From Eledone cirrhosa (taxonomy: Eukaryota), in assembly GCA_964016885.1 (NCBI GenBank), contig OZ024740.1, positions 291,090,001 to 291,154,000 on the forward strand: a stretch of DNA of 64,000 nt, read 5' to 3'. Under the pieces are notes generated by a model. It was not told the DNA's origin and ran no database searches. It saw only the letters and a program-made list of their open reading frames with translations. Shown here piece by piece: positions 25,980-38,813 of this stretch; position 1 is the first letter of the stretch; the number at the start of each line of letters is the position of its first letter. The translations under genes were made by a program, and so were the position numbers.

Positions 25980-26285
25980 TCTCCCAAAGAGCATCTGGTT
26001 TGCAATTGTGAGGTTGTAAGTTTGATTCTCAGACTAGGTGATGCGTTGTGTCCTTGAGCAAGATACAGTATACTCAACTGTAGAATTGAGTTGTGATGTC
26101 ACTGGTGCCAAGCTGTATCAGCCTTCCCCTTGGACAACATCGGTGGTGTGGAGAGGGGAGATTGTTATGCATGAGCGACTGCTCGTCTTCCACAAACAAC
26201 TTTGCTTGGACTTGTACCTCAGAGGAGAACTGTCTAGGTGCAAATGCCATGGTCATTTGTGACTGAAGGGGATCTTTACCCTATA
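25980..26285 (+). mobile_element. tRNA-derived SINE
   Basis: GTTGTGTCCTTGAGCAAGA core; tail related to the reverse of 16895-17080. Confidence 0.7.
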
Positions 26286-26456
26286 TATATATATTAATAA
26301 GTTGACAAAATCACACAACATATGGTACTGCAATATCATGCCAGTCATTGTCCTACCCAATGCTACCTGGGGTTAAACAGATGCAGAGTATATCACTACA
26401 GATTTCAGTAGTGAAGTAGCAAAGTATATACAGCTAACATTAAACAATTGATAATC

Positions 26457-26520
26457 GGGTCTGTTGGTAAAAAGATCAAAGAAAATTGACATTTTCTTTG
26501 ATCTTTTTACCGACAGACCC
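26457..26520. repeat. 30-bp-stem hairpin
   Basis: GGGTCTGTTGGTAAAAAGATCAAAGAAAAT-TGAC-ATTTTCTTTGATCTTTTTACCGACAGACCC. Confidence 0.9.
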
Positions 26521-26731
26521 AAATTAGCGCCAGTTTCACCAACAGCTGGACTGTGTGTAATAATTACGTAAAAACGTCTATATTCCCATATTTGTAACAC
26601 CCGGAACTGGCCTTGGATCTTCAGCAGGTATTGTCCAATAAAACAACACAGGGAATAAGAAACATTTATATATAAAGTGTGTGTGAGAGAGAGTTTCAGA
26701 TATTGGTGGAATTAGAAAATGTATATTGTAT

Positions 26732-27097
26732 GGGAGGCACATGGCTTAGTGGTTAGAGCATTGGCCTTGCAATTGAAAGGTTGTGAGTTCAATTCTCAGA
26801 CCGGGTGATGTGTTGTTTCCTTGAGCAAGACACTTTATTTCACATTGCTCCAGTTTACTCAGCTGTAGAAATGAGATGATAGGGACTGGGGTCCCTATCA
26901 TTCCACTGCAAAGTGGTCGTGGAGGTGCCTCGGCAAAAAAAAAAAAAAAAAAAAGCACCCAGCACTCACTGTAAATGAGGTTGGTGTTAGGAGGGGCATC
27001 CAGCTGTAGAAATCAAGCCAGAATCAGTTCCCGTCTCACCCTTGCAAGCAGGGAAAAGCGGACGTAAAATCAAATGATGATGATGTTGATGATGATA
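26732..27097 (+). mobile_element. Full-length tRNA-derived SINE with RTE-derived tail
   Basis: A box TGGCTTAGTGG, B box GAGTTCAATTC, central CCTTGAGCAAGACAC domain, 3' (GAT)n. Confidence 0.85.
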
Positions 27098-27400
27098 TTG
27101 GATAGAATTATACTTAAAATTAGGAATATTATTTTCCACTCTGGAAAAATTTGGTCTCTTCAAGTCACAAGGTTTTGTAATTCCAATCTTGTATATGTCA
27201 CTTCAAAGTGAGGCTTTGCCATTTCTAAGTGAGAATAAGGAAAGTGAAAATAGTAAATTAATGTCTATTTTCCATGCTAGTATGGGTTAGACGAGCTGTC
27301 CCATTGTGAGACAAGCCAAGTCAGGTGACCATGTCTTGCTCATACAGAACTGATTTGGGCTTGATTTTTACAGCCGGATGCCCTTCCTTACGTCAACAAC

Positions 27401-27600
27401 ATTTACTGTGTGTGCCGGGTGCTTTTTGTCGTGGCACCTACTCGACCACTTTACTGTGTGTGCCGGGTGATTTTTGTTGTGGCACCTACTCGACCACTTT
27501 ACTGTGTGTGCTGGTTGATTTTTGTCGTTGAACCTACACGACCACTTTACTGTGTGTACTGGGTGCTTTTTGTCGTGGCACCTACACGACCACTTTACAT
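27401..27600. repeat. ~48-bp tandem repeat x4 within an RTE-related SINE
   Basis: TTTACTGTGTGTGCCGGGTGCTTTTTGTCGTGGCACCTACTCGACCAC repeated. Confidence 0.9.
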
Positions 27601-28867
27601 TGTGGACTGAGGACTGGATCAAGGGTGTAAAGGCATGGGAGAATGGTGGTATGATCAAATGTGGGTGGGGTGTTAGGGTGTGGGAGGTATTTTATTTTGA
27701 AATAATGAATATATCAGTTCAATGTCAGTCTATTAATGGTACCTATTTTATTTATTTTTGTGATATAAAAAACAAAGCAAAGTCATTTTAATGGAACTTG
27801 AATCTAGAAGGATGGAAGTAGATATTGTCGAGCATTTCATTCAGTACTTATCTGATTATTAGAGTAGTTATGTTAGTGTTAACATGCTTATGACAGTGTG
27901 CAGAAAAGACAATATTAGCTTGTGACTAATGTAGTAGTCAAGTACTAGAGTCTCATTAGGCAATACAGAGAAGACACAGAAGGTACAATTTCATCAGTTG
28001 AAAGCTGGTCATTAGTATAACCCTTTCAATACTAACCTGCCAAACACTGGCCTTTCTCACATGCTACTGTTCCTCCAATGACTGCTAGTATTACAGATTT
28101 AGTTTTTAATTAAAATGTCAACTGAAAGCTTGTTATTGCATGACTGATAACAGATTTCTGTGACTAAAAATTCCATCTTAGTCCATGTTAGAAGTTCTTA
28201 TGTTCAAAATACTAACTTAAATACGTCAATAAATGAAACAGTTACAATTATTTTATGAAACCTTCTCAACATTCTGAATTATTAAACATATTAATTGAAA
28301 CACATCAGCACTCTATTCTTGTTTGAAATCTAATCACAAAAAGTTAAGAACCTAAATGTAGACAATTTTGCCAGCAAGATTTAATAAAAAAAATTATGAA
28401 ATGAATAGATTGTTGATAACAAAGCTAACCCTTTCATTGGCATATTTCTATGCCTATGATTTTCAAATAATTTTGAAAATAAATAAGAATTTGCTGGGAT
28501 TTAGTAATATAACTAAATAATTTAACTTAGAGATTACAAGAATTTACTGAGATTTAGTAATGTAACTAATATATTTATACTTGTCTGGTGTATGCTGTAG
28601 GTCAAGTGGCATAGAGAAGTTCATGGAGAAGTAGAATATCTAAACTAGATACAGAAGTGTACTTGATGTTCTTACTAGTGTACAGTACATATGATTGAAA
28701 TTTATGTGAAAATCATTTTTGAGTTGTAAGCGACTAAATTAAATGTAAGTACTGAAGTATTGTATTTCACTGATTTATTAATTTAATTTACTTACTCCGG
28801 GGTCCCAAATAATAGGGGGTGGAATAAGTGGGGTTGGGTGGAATGAGTAAAATTTAATAAGTAGGGG

Positions 28868-29540
28868 GTGACCTACAGACCCAGATGCCTTCAGCATCTC
28901 GGCAGCTATACCCGATGGACCGGTTGCCTTCCCCATCTTCATATCTTTGATTGCCTTACTTACTATGCTGCTGCTGACTTGTACTGCTGGCCCCTCTATA
29001 GGGTCTACTTGGGGTAGGGTCTCTTCTTCCCATGCATTCTCCTCATTTAGTAATCTATCATAATGACTCTTCCATGCATCTTTCTTCTCAGCACTTGTGA
29101 GGGCAAGCTCACCTTTATCATTCCGGATACACTTCTCTCCAATGACATCACAATTCTCTCTGACACACTGCCTCGCAATCTTGAACACCTCCTGTTTCTG
29201 GTCCTCACGTTGCAAAACATGCTTGAATTTTCTGTCCTCTGCTTCTCTCCTAGCTAAGTATACTTGTCACCTAGCTTCCCTCTTGGTCTCTATGTAATGT
29301 ACCCTGCTCCCCCCGTTCTTCCATTCTTTCCATGCCTTTCTCTTGGCCTTAACTGCCTCATCTACCTTATTGTTCCACCACCAAGTCACTCTCCTCCTGC
29401 TTGTGGTCTTACTCCAGCCACAGACCTCATCCGTCGCCTCTAGTAAGTTATTTTTTAGGAACTCCCAGTTCTCTTCTACATTGAATGTCTCTATCTATTC
29501 TTCTTTACTGTCGTAGGCGTTGAGTAAAATATCTTTAAAT
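28868..29540 (-). mobile_element. RTE LINE internal fragment
   Basis: ORF 28778-29215 homologous to the N-terminal part of 47219-48571 (KATGPSGIAAEMLKA). Confidence 0.9.
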
Positions 29541-29568
29541 ACAGGTAATCAATACATTATGTTTAGAT

Positions 29569-32500
29569 CAGTGTTTCTCAACCTTTTTGACCCCCGGGCC
29601 CACTTTTAGCTCCCGAAAAATGTCCGGGCCCACTTATTTTACAAGCGTAAACTAGTGTTCAAAAACTATTCCAGACTATAACCCCCACATGATATATATA
29701 CTAGTGCTTCTCAATCTTTTTGTTCTCCCAGTCCACTTTACTCCCTAGAAATTGCCAGGGTCAGTGCTCAAAGAGCATTCTGGAACACTTACCCCGACTA
29801 CATTTAAATTTCACGAGTGAAGAACACAAATTCTTGATAAAAAGTCAATAAAAAATAAGAAAAAATTTAATGGTCGTTTTAACAATGCTCAAATGCTCAG
29901 TGCTAGTGGCTGCACTGCTCCTGATGTCTTTCAACAAGACTGTTGATCTGGACTTCAAAGGATTGGTTCAACTTGAGCTGCAAATCTCCCCAGTTGATGG
30001 TTTGAAGAAGGTTTCTTTTTCTCAAAAAAAATCATTTAGCGTGGAAAAACCAGATTCAACAAGCCACGTTGTAGGAAAAGAGAGAATAAAAGGAAAGGCT
30101 TGATCATAAAGGTTTGGAAATATTTTTTCCACATTAAGCCAGCCAAGAAGGCCCTCGCGTTCCATTTTTCCCATCAATAGCGCATTCTCTTTGAGTTCCA
30201 GCAAGTCGACTGCAAGATTAGGATCCAGAGTTTCGTCGCTAATAACATCAAAGTTTTGAATGTCCAACAGCCACTGCGGGGGCTTCATGTCCAGTATATC
30301 ATGAAATCGTTGTTTGAAATTAGTTTGTAAATTTCTTATGTGGTCGATGCAGCTGATCAAAACGGCGTCAGAAGGTGTGGTTTTGGAGAGATTTGGAAAG
30401 CATGCGAATTCTCGTCTCTGCAGATAATTGGACCATAAACTAAGCTTAGAGATGACGGATCAAATTTTTTCCGTACAATACACTATTGTAGTCGCACGGC
30501 CTTGAAGGGTCTTGTTTAATGAACTAACGTGTGCAAAAATATCAGCCAGATAAAAAATGTTGGTCTTGGTATCGTTGTGGCTTAATTTTTCGACTAGGAG
30601 GCCTGCTCTTTCTCGTTGAATTCGTCTGCATGCCTCAATCGCCATTCGCTGTATGAATAGAATGAATTTTACAAGACGATTTAGCGAATTTCTCTTGGAA
30701 AGCCAGCGAACCTCAGTATGTAAAAGAAGTGCATGATGTTCTTCATTTTCACACAGTTCTGAAAACAATCGTTCGTAGAGACCATTCGCTTTTACGAAGT
30801 TAATGCTTGAAATAGCAACTTGATGTGCATGCTCCATGTTGCTACTTAGGCATTTGGCTGCAAGGTGAATGATGCAGTGTATTGATAAGACGTGCGGTGC
30901 GACTTTCTTAAGTTTTGCAATGAATCCATTATGTACACCCGTCATAGCTTTTGCACCGTCTGTGGCAATCTGAAGTAGATTAGAAAGTGGGATGTTTTTT
31001 TCTTCAAAATATTCATACACTGATGTAAAAATGGATTCGCTTTTTGTGTCTTTCAATGATTTCATAAAAAGCATTTCTTCACGAATACACGTCCCCTCAA
31101 TGAACCGAACATAGGCAAGAAGAAATGCACAGTTATGAAGAGTCGTTTCATCAATTTGGAGAGAAAATTTGAGTACTCGAAGCTTCTCCACCAGCTGATT
31201 TTCAATATCTGCTGCCATTTCATCCTGTCTGCGTTTGATTGTGTCGTTGGAAAGTGGAATTTTCGATAAAATATTGGTGGATTCTTCTCCCAGCATTTCC
31301 TTTGCACACGCAAGCATGGCCGGTTTTACCAGGAGTTCGGCGATGGTGTGAGGTTTACACACCTTTGCGACCATTTCACTTACGATATAACTCGATTTAA
31401 GTGCCTCTTTGTTAACCGTTCTTTTTTCTCATGAAAATCTGCATCGGAAGTTGTGACTTTCTTCTGCGTGTTTCCAACTTATTCTTAAAATATTCAACAC
31501 TGCTTCCAACGGAGGTTGGGTGTGCAGCTTTTTGATGCGGTAATAACTTTGACTTCTTCATGGAATTATTTGTCATTAACTTTCCACACTCCACACATTC
31601 GGGCCCATCGGAATCGATTTCTGGTGCAAAGCCAAGAAGTAGAAAGTCTTCATTATAGCTCCTAGTAAACGGTCGTTTGATAGAATTCGATGACATGACA
31701 CTGACAAAATTAGATGAAAGAAAACGGCAAAAAGTTGAGTACGGCAAAAAGGCTGGTAAATGTTAGATATCATGGCAAATTAACAATTATGGTTTTGCAA
31801 GCCCTTTTCATGTATGTCATATTATTTAAGCAGCCGGGTGGTTCAAAGCAGGCTCAATCTGAACGAATCATTTTATTCTGAAGATATAACTGCTTTATCA
31901 CGCAATGTAGACAACCTGGCCAACAAAAGTGTTGACACCAAATTTCATTTATGGAACTGTGGTTGGAGATAATTATCTACAAATAATTCTAGACGCGATT
32001 ACCGCGTACCAAAAAGCTATATAAATTGCTTAAAAAAGTACAAATTAATGTAATAGCATATTCTTTCTTTGTAAAATGCATTTTTACTAATAGTGTACAT
32101 ACTTTTGGCCCACTCTGTATGTTGCCTTAATGACATTAAAAATGTGGAACAACTTTATTATACAAGAAAAAAGCCATTGTTCGCTTTTAACATAAAGAAT
32201 AACAATAAAAAGGTTGGAAATTGTTTATAGAAAACAGCATACTCACCCAGTAAAGACTGCAAAACAGATCTGCAAGACGAAAGGGGTGCAGAATTAATTT
32301 CGCCACTGAATTAATTTTGCCACTGAATTAATTTCGCTCGGTGAACCCCAAACAAAGTTACTCCCCTTGTTTATATCCGTAAAGTGACTAAAGATTAAAA
32401 CAAATGTAATATATTTTTTAGGGTTAGGGTTAGGGTGCATGAATGTGCAAGAACGCAGACATATGCAAGTGCCTGCGTTATTGCACCCCAAATAATGCAG

Positions 32501-32664
32501 GTCAACTTAAGTCATGTGATTTTATCACAGAACATTCAGACTTAAAAAAAGTTTGTCATTTTGTGTGATCTTAAGTTCCAAGAAAGTCTTAAAAAATTTC
32601 CAGGTCCACTGAAATTTCTCCGGGCCCACTGAGTGGGCCCTTGGCCCACCGTTGAGAACCACTG
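29569..32664 (-). mobile_element. Full-length hAT (Charlie/Buster-type) DNA transposon
   Basis: TIRs CAGTGTTTCTCAAC / GTTGAGAACCACTG; exact TSD GTTTAGAT at 29561-29568 and 32665-32672. Confidence 0.95.
29900..31747 (-). pseudogene. hAT transposase (ZBED/SCAND3-like), frameshifted
   Basis: BED finger CVEC..H..H, FSLQIDETT, TDGAKAMTG, HCIIH, HTEVRWLS, TTWLVESGFS across three ORFs. Confidence 0.92.
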
Positions 32665-32997
32665 GTTTAGATGGTGCAGTTTTGAAATTCTCATGAAGTT
32701 TTAATATTTTGATATTTAACATGTTTTAAGTTTTTATTTCACAACTCCATTACGTAGTGATTTTTTTTACCAATTTCCTAATGCTTTGAAGGCCGTGTTC
32801 ATTCAAAACAGGCTAAAAATAAACTGGTGTAATAATAACCTCCAAAGTGAAACTGGTGTAATATTTATCTCCAAAGCAAAAATATTTTAGCACCTCATTT
32901 ATGTAAAATTTTTAAGTTGGTGAAAATCAGCAAAATATTGACCTTGAATATAAGCTGCCCCTCCCATTTTTTTTTTTTGTCACATATTTCTCGGTTT

Positions 32998-33200
32998 ATA
33001 ATAATAATAATAATAATAATGAAATTATTCTGTACAGTGCTCAGGTGCACTACAACTCATCAAAGGTGCATGTATAGTACATAGAATAATGTACAAATGT
33101 CAGGAAAATGAACAGTGTATGAGTCATGATATAATAACAATAACAATAATGAAATATTGTGTACAGTGCCCAGGTGCACCACAACTCATCAAAAAAGTCA
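32998..33200 (-). mobile_element. CR1 LINE 3' UTR and tail, partly duplicated
   Basis: (AAT)n plus TGTACAGTGCTCAGGTGCACTACAACTC, same as other CR1 copies in the window. Confidence 0.8.
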
Positions 33201-33479
33201 CAGTTATATATGAGTATATATGGTAAGTTTGCTTCATAATCACAGGATTTCAACTTTCATCCTGTTGTGTAGTTACTTGGGAAAGTGTTTTTTTTTATCA
33301 TATACCCATCTTTCAACCTTATTTCAGTATATTATACAATTTACTCATACTATGTCGTTAGTGGTCCCCTATTTTTTTTTTTTTTTTATCCTTTTTTCTT
33401 TTTTAATTTCTAATCTTTAATCTGCAGCTTTTACTTCTCAATTACTTCTTAATTCATATTATAACTCACTATTCATATT

Positions 33480-35192
33480 ATAACTCACTTTCCGAAGAAA
33501 AAGAGATACCTCTTAACAATATTGTATCATGTGCTATGGACGGTGCAAGAGCAATGGTCGGCCAGCATAAGGGTTTCGTCTCTCTTCTGAAGAGGGAAAA
33601 TCCATCTGTATTTGCTGTTCATTGTGTCATTCATCGACAACACTTGGTTGCGAAGAAACTCAGCGAGCCGCTGAGCAAGTCTTTGCAGGTAGCCATTGAT
33701 GTCATCAATTATATCAAACGCCATGCCCTCAATGAACGAATTTTCCGGCAACTGTGCAAAGATAATGACGAAGAATTCGTCGAGTTGCTCCTTCATACTG
33801 AAGTGAGGTGGCTTTCAAAGGGCAAGTGCCTTACTCGCTTCTTTGAACTGTTCAACTCTATCATTGAGTTTCTTCGAGAACGCAACACAGAACTGTATAA
33901 AAAAACCCTCGATGTGAGGCAAGACTGCGCCTACCTCGCTGACATCTTGGACAAATGCAATAGCCTCATTATGGCTTTGCAGCAGGAGAAGATCACCTTG
34001 TTTAAAGCAAGGAATGTTGTGAAAATATTCCTGGCCAAATTGAAAGTCATCGAAAGGAATCTTTGTCAATGGGAATTCTATAATGTTCCTAGTGTCGCCA
34101 ATGTTCAAAACATTGTGAGCGATGATCAACTCCAATTTTATACCGCGCACCTCCGTGCACTACAAGACAACATGAGAGAACGGTTTGTCGACCTTTTGCA
34201 GATGGACATCCCAATGTCGATAGCAAATCCCTTCATAGCTAACGTCGATGATTTCGACGTTAAATTTCAGGAAGAATTAATTGAACTTCAGACAGACATT
34301 ATCAAAATTAAATTTTCCAAAATAGGTGAACCCCTTTTTTGGATGCAAGAGGAAATTCAATGTCGATTTCCACTCCTACATGCAGAGGCTAAGAGATTTG
34401 CTTTGCCTTTTCCTAGCTCATACTTAGTCGAGGGGGGGGGGGGCTGTTTCCAGACTGCACAGTAAGGCTCGCAACTGCTACAATGTGATTACATGTGGAG
34501 ATCTCCGGCTACATCTTATGAAAATCCAGCCCGGCGTCAAAGAGTTAGCTAAACTCCATGAAGCTCAAGGGTCCCATTGATACGAGGTCAAAGTAAGTCG
34601 ATTTTTTATTTGTAGTTGCAGTTTGACTGGACTGGAAACCATCTACTACAATTCACTTACACATTTGTTGTATATATTTTACTGTTTACTAATGAATATA
34701 CCCTCTTACGTGGTCATGAAAACCCTCTTGCGTGGTCTCTAAGCTCACAAAGCGGAGGGGACATCAAGTTAGATATCAACATTTATTCTGTCCGTTTCAT
34801 TAAAGGGAAAATTGGAAAGCTTTGAAATAATACAATTGCCACTTTCTTCCAGATAAGAGCACTCTTTGGATAGACAGAGTTGCTCTTGTATAAATGTTCA
34901 AAATAGCTGGTATCGTCTGGTGGGAATATAACAAATTCAACTGGTCCTTATTCATAAAAAAGAACATTTCGGTTCCTTTTTTTGAAATTTATATAATTCC
35001 TTTCAAGGAATGTATTTATACTTTCAACTGCCTGCAATGGTATCTTTGGAATATCGTTAATCAATCTTTTAGTAATCTACTGATATCAAAATCAGTAGTA
35101 TATTGAAAAATGGAAAAATAGGGTAGGGGGGGCCTTTCGTGATTTTGAGGGGCAGAAGGGGGCGTTTGGCCGAAACGGGTTGAGAACCTTTG
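33480..35192 (+). mobile_element. 5'-truncated hAT (Charlie/Buster-type) transposon
   Basis: ORF 33536-34465 with DGARAMVG, HCVIHRQHL, HTEVRWLSKG, FPSSYLVE; 3' TIR GGGTTGAGAACCTTTG. Confidence 0.9.
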
Positions 35193-35204
35193 CTCTATAT
35201 CACA

Positions 35205-35675
35205 TTCTCAAAAAGTACAAAGCAGCACTATGACTGAGCCCTTTATTTTAGTTTATTGCAAATTTTCACAATGGTCTGTTTACTAATAAAGACATGATAC
35301 ATTTGAATTAACAAATCTGTTTTTAAATATTTCCTGTTAAATCATTTCAGGATGTTAAGAGATAGTACTTTAAATTTTACAATGAAAGTCCAATAGTAAA
35401 GATACTTTAGACATTTGGATGAAGAAGACTGTTTTTAAATATTTCCTGTTAAATCATTACAAGATGTAAATTTCCTGTTATATTTCCTGTAAATTTCCTG
35501 TAATATTTCCTGTTAAATCATTACAAGATGTTGAGAGATAATACTGTAAATTTTGATAATGAAAGTCCAATAGTAAAGATACTTTAGACATTTGAATGAA
35601 CAAGCCTGTTTTTAGATATTTTCTGGTAAATCATTTCAGGATGTTAAGACTTTACAGTATCTTTACTAGTGGACA
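35205..35675. repeat. Degenerate ~110-bp internally repeated element; related sequence at 15090-15300 (reverse) and 57140-57595
   Basis: Shared TCCA.TAGTAAAGATACT and AAATCATTACA motifs. Confidence 0.6.
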
Positions 35676-37916
35676 GATCATCTATATATAAATTTGAGCG
35701 ACGTACATCTGTCACACAATGTGTATGAATGTATGTGTGTGTAAAAGAAAGGAATGGGATGGTGAAAAAACTATAGCAAAACAGCGGCTGGCATTCCATT
35801 TGCTACGCTGTGTCTGAGTGTATGTATGTGAGAGTGTGTTTGTGTAAATGCATGTGTTTGTGTGAATGTATGTCTGAGTGTGTATTTTTGTAAGTAAGTG
35901 TGCTTGTGTTTACGTGTTTATATTTATATACTCATACATATAAATGTTTGCATATGCACATACACACACACCCACACATATACACATATGCGTCAGCGTG
36001 TTGAGAAAAATTCTAGTTGTGAAAATTACAGTATTAAAGTGTTAATACAACTACTTGGCCCTTGGGTACTTTTTGCAGAGTCCACTATTTTGCAAGCATT
36101 TGAACCAGATTTTCACTGCTTGAGGACAAACCAATAACTCAGAGTTTTTTCCTCCACTCTCCTTCATCAGTTTTATAAAATATTTTGTAATTTGATGCTT
36201 GATGACTTAGTTATAAATCCAGTGGAAAGGGTGCAGCTATTCTGTTACTGAAATAACATTTACTGTAATGGAATAATTGTTTCTTGTCCAGACTTGGAAT
36301 GTGGCTTTGTATGGATACCAGTTATTGCGTACACACACACACACACACGTGCGCATACATACACACATAGACATACACACAATGTGCACACATATGCATA
36401 TGCACACATATACACGTGCATACATGCATGTGTACACATGCACACACACACACACGCGTGCACATACACATGCATGTGTACACATACATAGATGTGTTCA
36501 CAGCACATGTGAACATACACATGTTATCATAGAGATTATACCGGAAGTTAATATTGTCTGATTTTAAAAGAAAATTCATATAAAATGTCAGAAATACATT
36601 TCTCTATCATAACTTTTTATATTCTTTAATCCATTTAAAAGAGAATTCTTGCGATTCTTCTGGGCATGAATACATGATTCTCTGTAGCTAATTATTTGTG
36701 ATAGTTTCTTCATAAAAGAGTGGGTTGTTTAAAATAAACATATTTAGACAGACATTAAACATTTTAAGCTGGCAGGTGGCATTGAAGAAAAAAATGGTCA
36801 TAATTTTAGATTCTGTTATTGTGAGGACTACTTACAATTAACTCATCAACATTGTTTTTACATTCACTTTTTGATGCTGAAATAGGTTGGAGGGTAAGGT
36901 TTGATACAATGTTTTACAGCCGGATGCTCTTTTTGACACCAACCTTTTTAGTTGCCTTCTATGAAATTCAGGGATGTGATGTACCTATTCTAAAAACTGA
37001 GATACACATGACATTTATATATATATATGATATATATATACTTGCTAGTAGAGTAAGCGGTCATTCAAACGATAATGATGAATATATATATATATAGAAA
37101 TTAGAGTATGTGTTAGTTTATCACTGACACTTTTGTATGTAGGGTAGAGCACTCAACGAAGTACACAAGTGGGTTTGTTTACTCCAGAGCATAATTATAA
37201 TCCTGAAGTAGAAATCAATAGGTTATAATTCATTTCATTTATTCATAATCACTGAATTTGAACAAAAAAAAACAGAAAAACAAACATGAAGAAGAAATAA
37301 AACTTACTTCTGTTTTGATTAATTGATATTCCCTAGGCTGATATTTGGTGTTGCTTTCTCAAAGCACCGGTGACATGAGTGATATGAAGACAAATTTTCC
37401 ATAATTCAGTTTATTAGTGATTCACTGTTATACATATTTCCATAGTGTCAGTTGTTATTGCATGATGGCACTATTATACAATTAGGACATGTTTCTCTCT
37501 GACAGCATTTTTTTAGGTAAAGCACCTGGTGATATGGAAACAGACCTATTTTTAATATTGCTATTTAAACGTTCTGTCTCCATATAATACAGGAATTTGT
37601 AATTTTACTTTGCCTGTGGTTTCAATGTAGGAGTTTATTGGACTCCTTACTGTCCCTACAGTGTCTGATTCCTAGCTTGATTAATGGAAAACATAAATAT
37701 ATATTTCGTTTCTGAATTTGTTTAGCAAGATTCTTTATCTGAAATCGTGTGTTGAAACCGATATTGTTATACTATGGGAGGGTCATGTTGCCAATAAGAA
37801 ACACACGCACCAGTTGCTTCACTTCAATTTATTATAATAAATTTATAATAAATTTATAAATTTATAAATTTCTGGTTGGCCGGTTGGTTTCACAACCAGA
37901 TAGTTGTTTATATATT

Positions 37917-37959
37917 GTCATAGTTCTTTCGTCACACACTCTGTGACCTCTTCAGTGAC
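37917..37959 (-). ncRNA. Minimal type I hammerhead ribozyme in the PLE pLTR
   Basis: GUCA-CUGAAGA-G-GUCAC(AGAGUGU)GUGAC-GAAA-GAAC-UA-UGAC: stem I, core, stem II, short stem III, CUA cleavage triplet. Confidence 0.75.
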
Positions 37960-38160
37960 TGGGGATTCCTTTCTTTGTTTCTGTGCCTCTCCTTTGTTCT
38001 GTCCTACGCCATTTTGTTTCTGTGTGTGTGTTGTGTGCTCAGTCTGCGCATGCGCCACATCCGGGTGTCTGTGTGTGTTTATGTTCATTTATTTATTTGT
38101 TTATTTACATGTTACTGGTTGGTTGTTTGTTCTATGTGTGTGTGTGTTTTCATTTTGTCC

Positions 38161-38694
38161 TTAATTATAAGTTGTGATGTTGTTGTTCCACTCATATTTT
38201 CTATTTAATTTTGGTTGTAATTCTTTTATGTTTATTGCCTCTGTAATTTGTCTAAACATTGCGTCTTTTCTGTGTGTAGATTCTATTTTTATTTCTATGT
38301 TCTCTAATTTACCCTTGTGTTCTATTTTAGCATGTTGGTAGAGTACAGATGATTCTTTACTATCTTGAAGGTCTCGCCAGTGTTCATTTATCCGTTCCCC
38401 TACACTACGAGCTGTCTCACCTATGTACACTATATTTTTGTCTCTACATTGTCCTTCGGTACATCTTATGCTATACACTACATTTCTAGTTTTACAGTTA
38501 ATATGGGGGCTTATTTTACAGGTTATACATTTCTTATCTATACATGAGGGTCTTTGAAAAGGGTATGTCTTGCTAATGAGTGTTTTTACGGAGGTACCTG
38601 GTCTTTCTACTATCTTAATATTGAGTTTATGTTTATTTAGGGCCTTTCTAAATTTGTAAGCTAATTCACCTCTAGGGGTTGTATCGATGAACAT
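38161..38694 (-). CDS. PLE GIY-YIG endonuclease domain, out of frame with the RT ORF
   Basis: Cys-rich linker CIDKKCITC; NVVYSIRC...YIGETARSVGERINEH...EAINI...LNRK. Confidence 0.9.
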   Translation of the reverse strand: MFIDTTPRGELAYKFRKALNKHKLNIKIVERPGTSVKTLISKTYPFQRPSCIDKKCITCKISPHINCKTRNVVYSIRCTEGQCRDKNIVYIGETARSVGERINEHWRDLQDSKESSVLYQHAKIEHKGKLENIEIKIESTHRKDAMFRQITEAINIKELQPKLNRKYEWNNNITTYN

Positions 38695-38813
38695 TACACT
38701 CTGGTATTTATTGCTATGATTACCATGAGTTTATTCTATTAGCCTTGTTCCTAGTTCTTTCTATTCTATTCCAAAATTTGCTCCTATACAAGGGGCAGGT
38801 CCCATTTATGTCA

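Noticed and set aside
26732-26805. tRNA gene
   Set aside because: A and B boxes present but no convincing cloverleaf; continues into a SINE body
27401-27600. CRISPR-like regularly spaced repeats
   Set aside because: No unique spacers and no cas genes; eukaryotic SINE-derived tandem repeat
32417-32436. Interstitial telomere or fusion site
   Set aside because: Only three TTAGGG units, inside a transposon
33536-34465. Domesticated ZBED/SCAND3 host gene
   Set aside because: 5'-truncated, frameshifted at a poly-G run and retains a TIR
37308-37424. Minus-strand exon with GTAAGT donor
   Set aside because: Stop codons in all three frames
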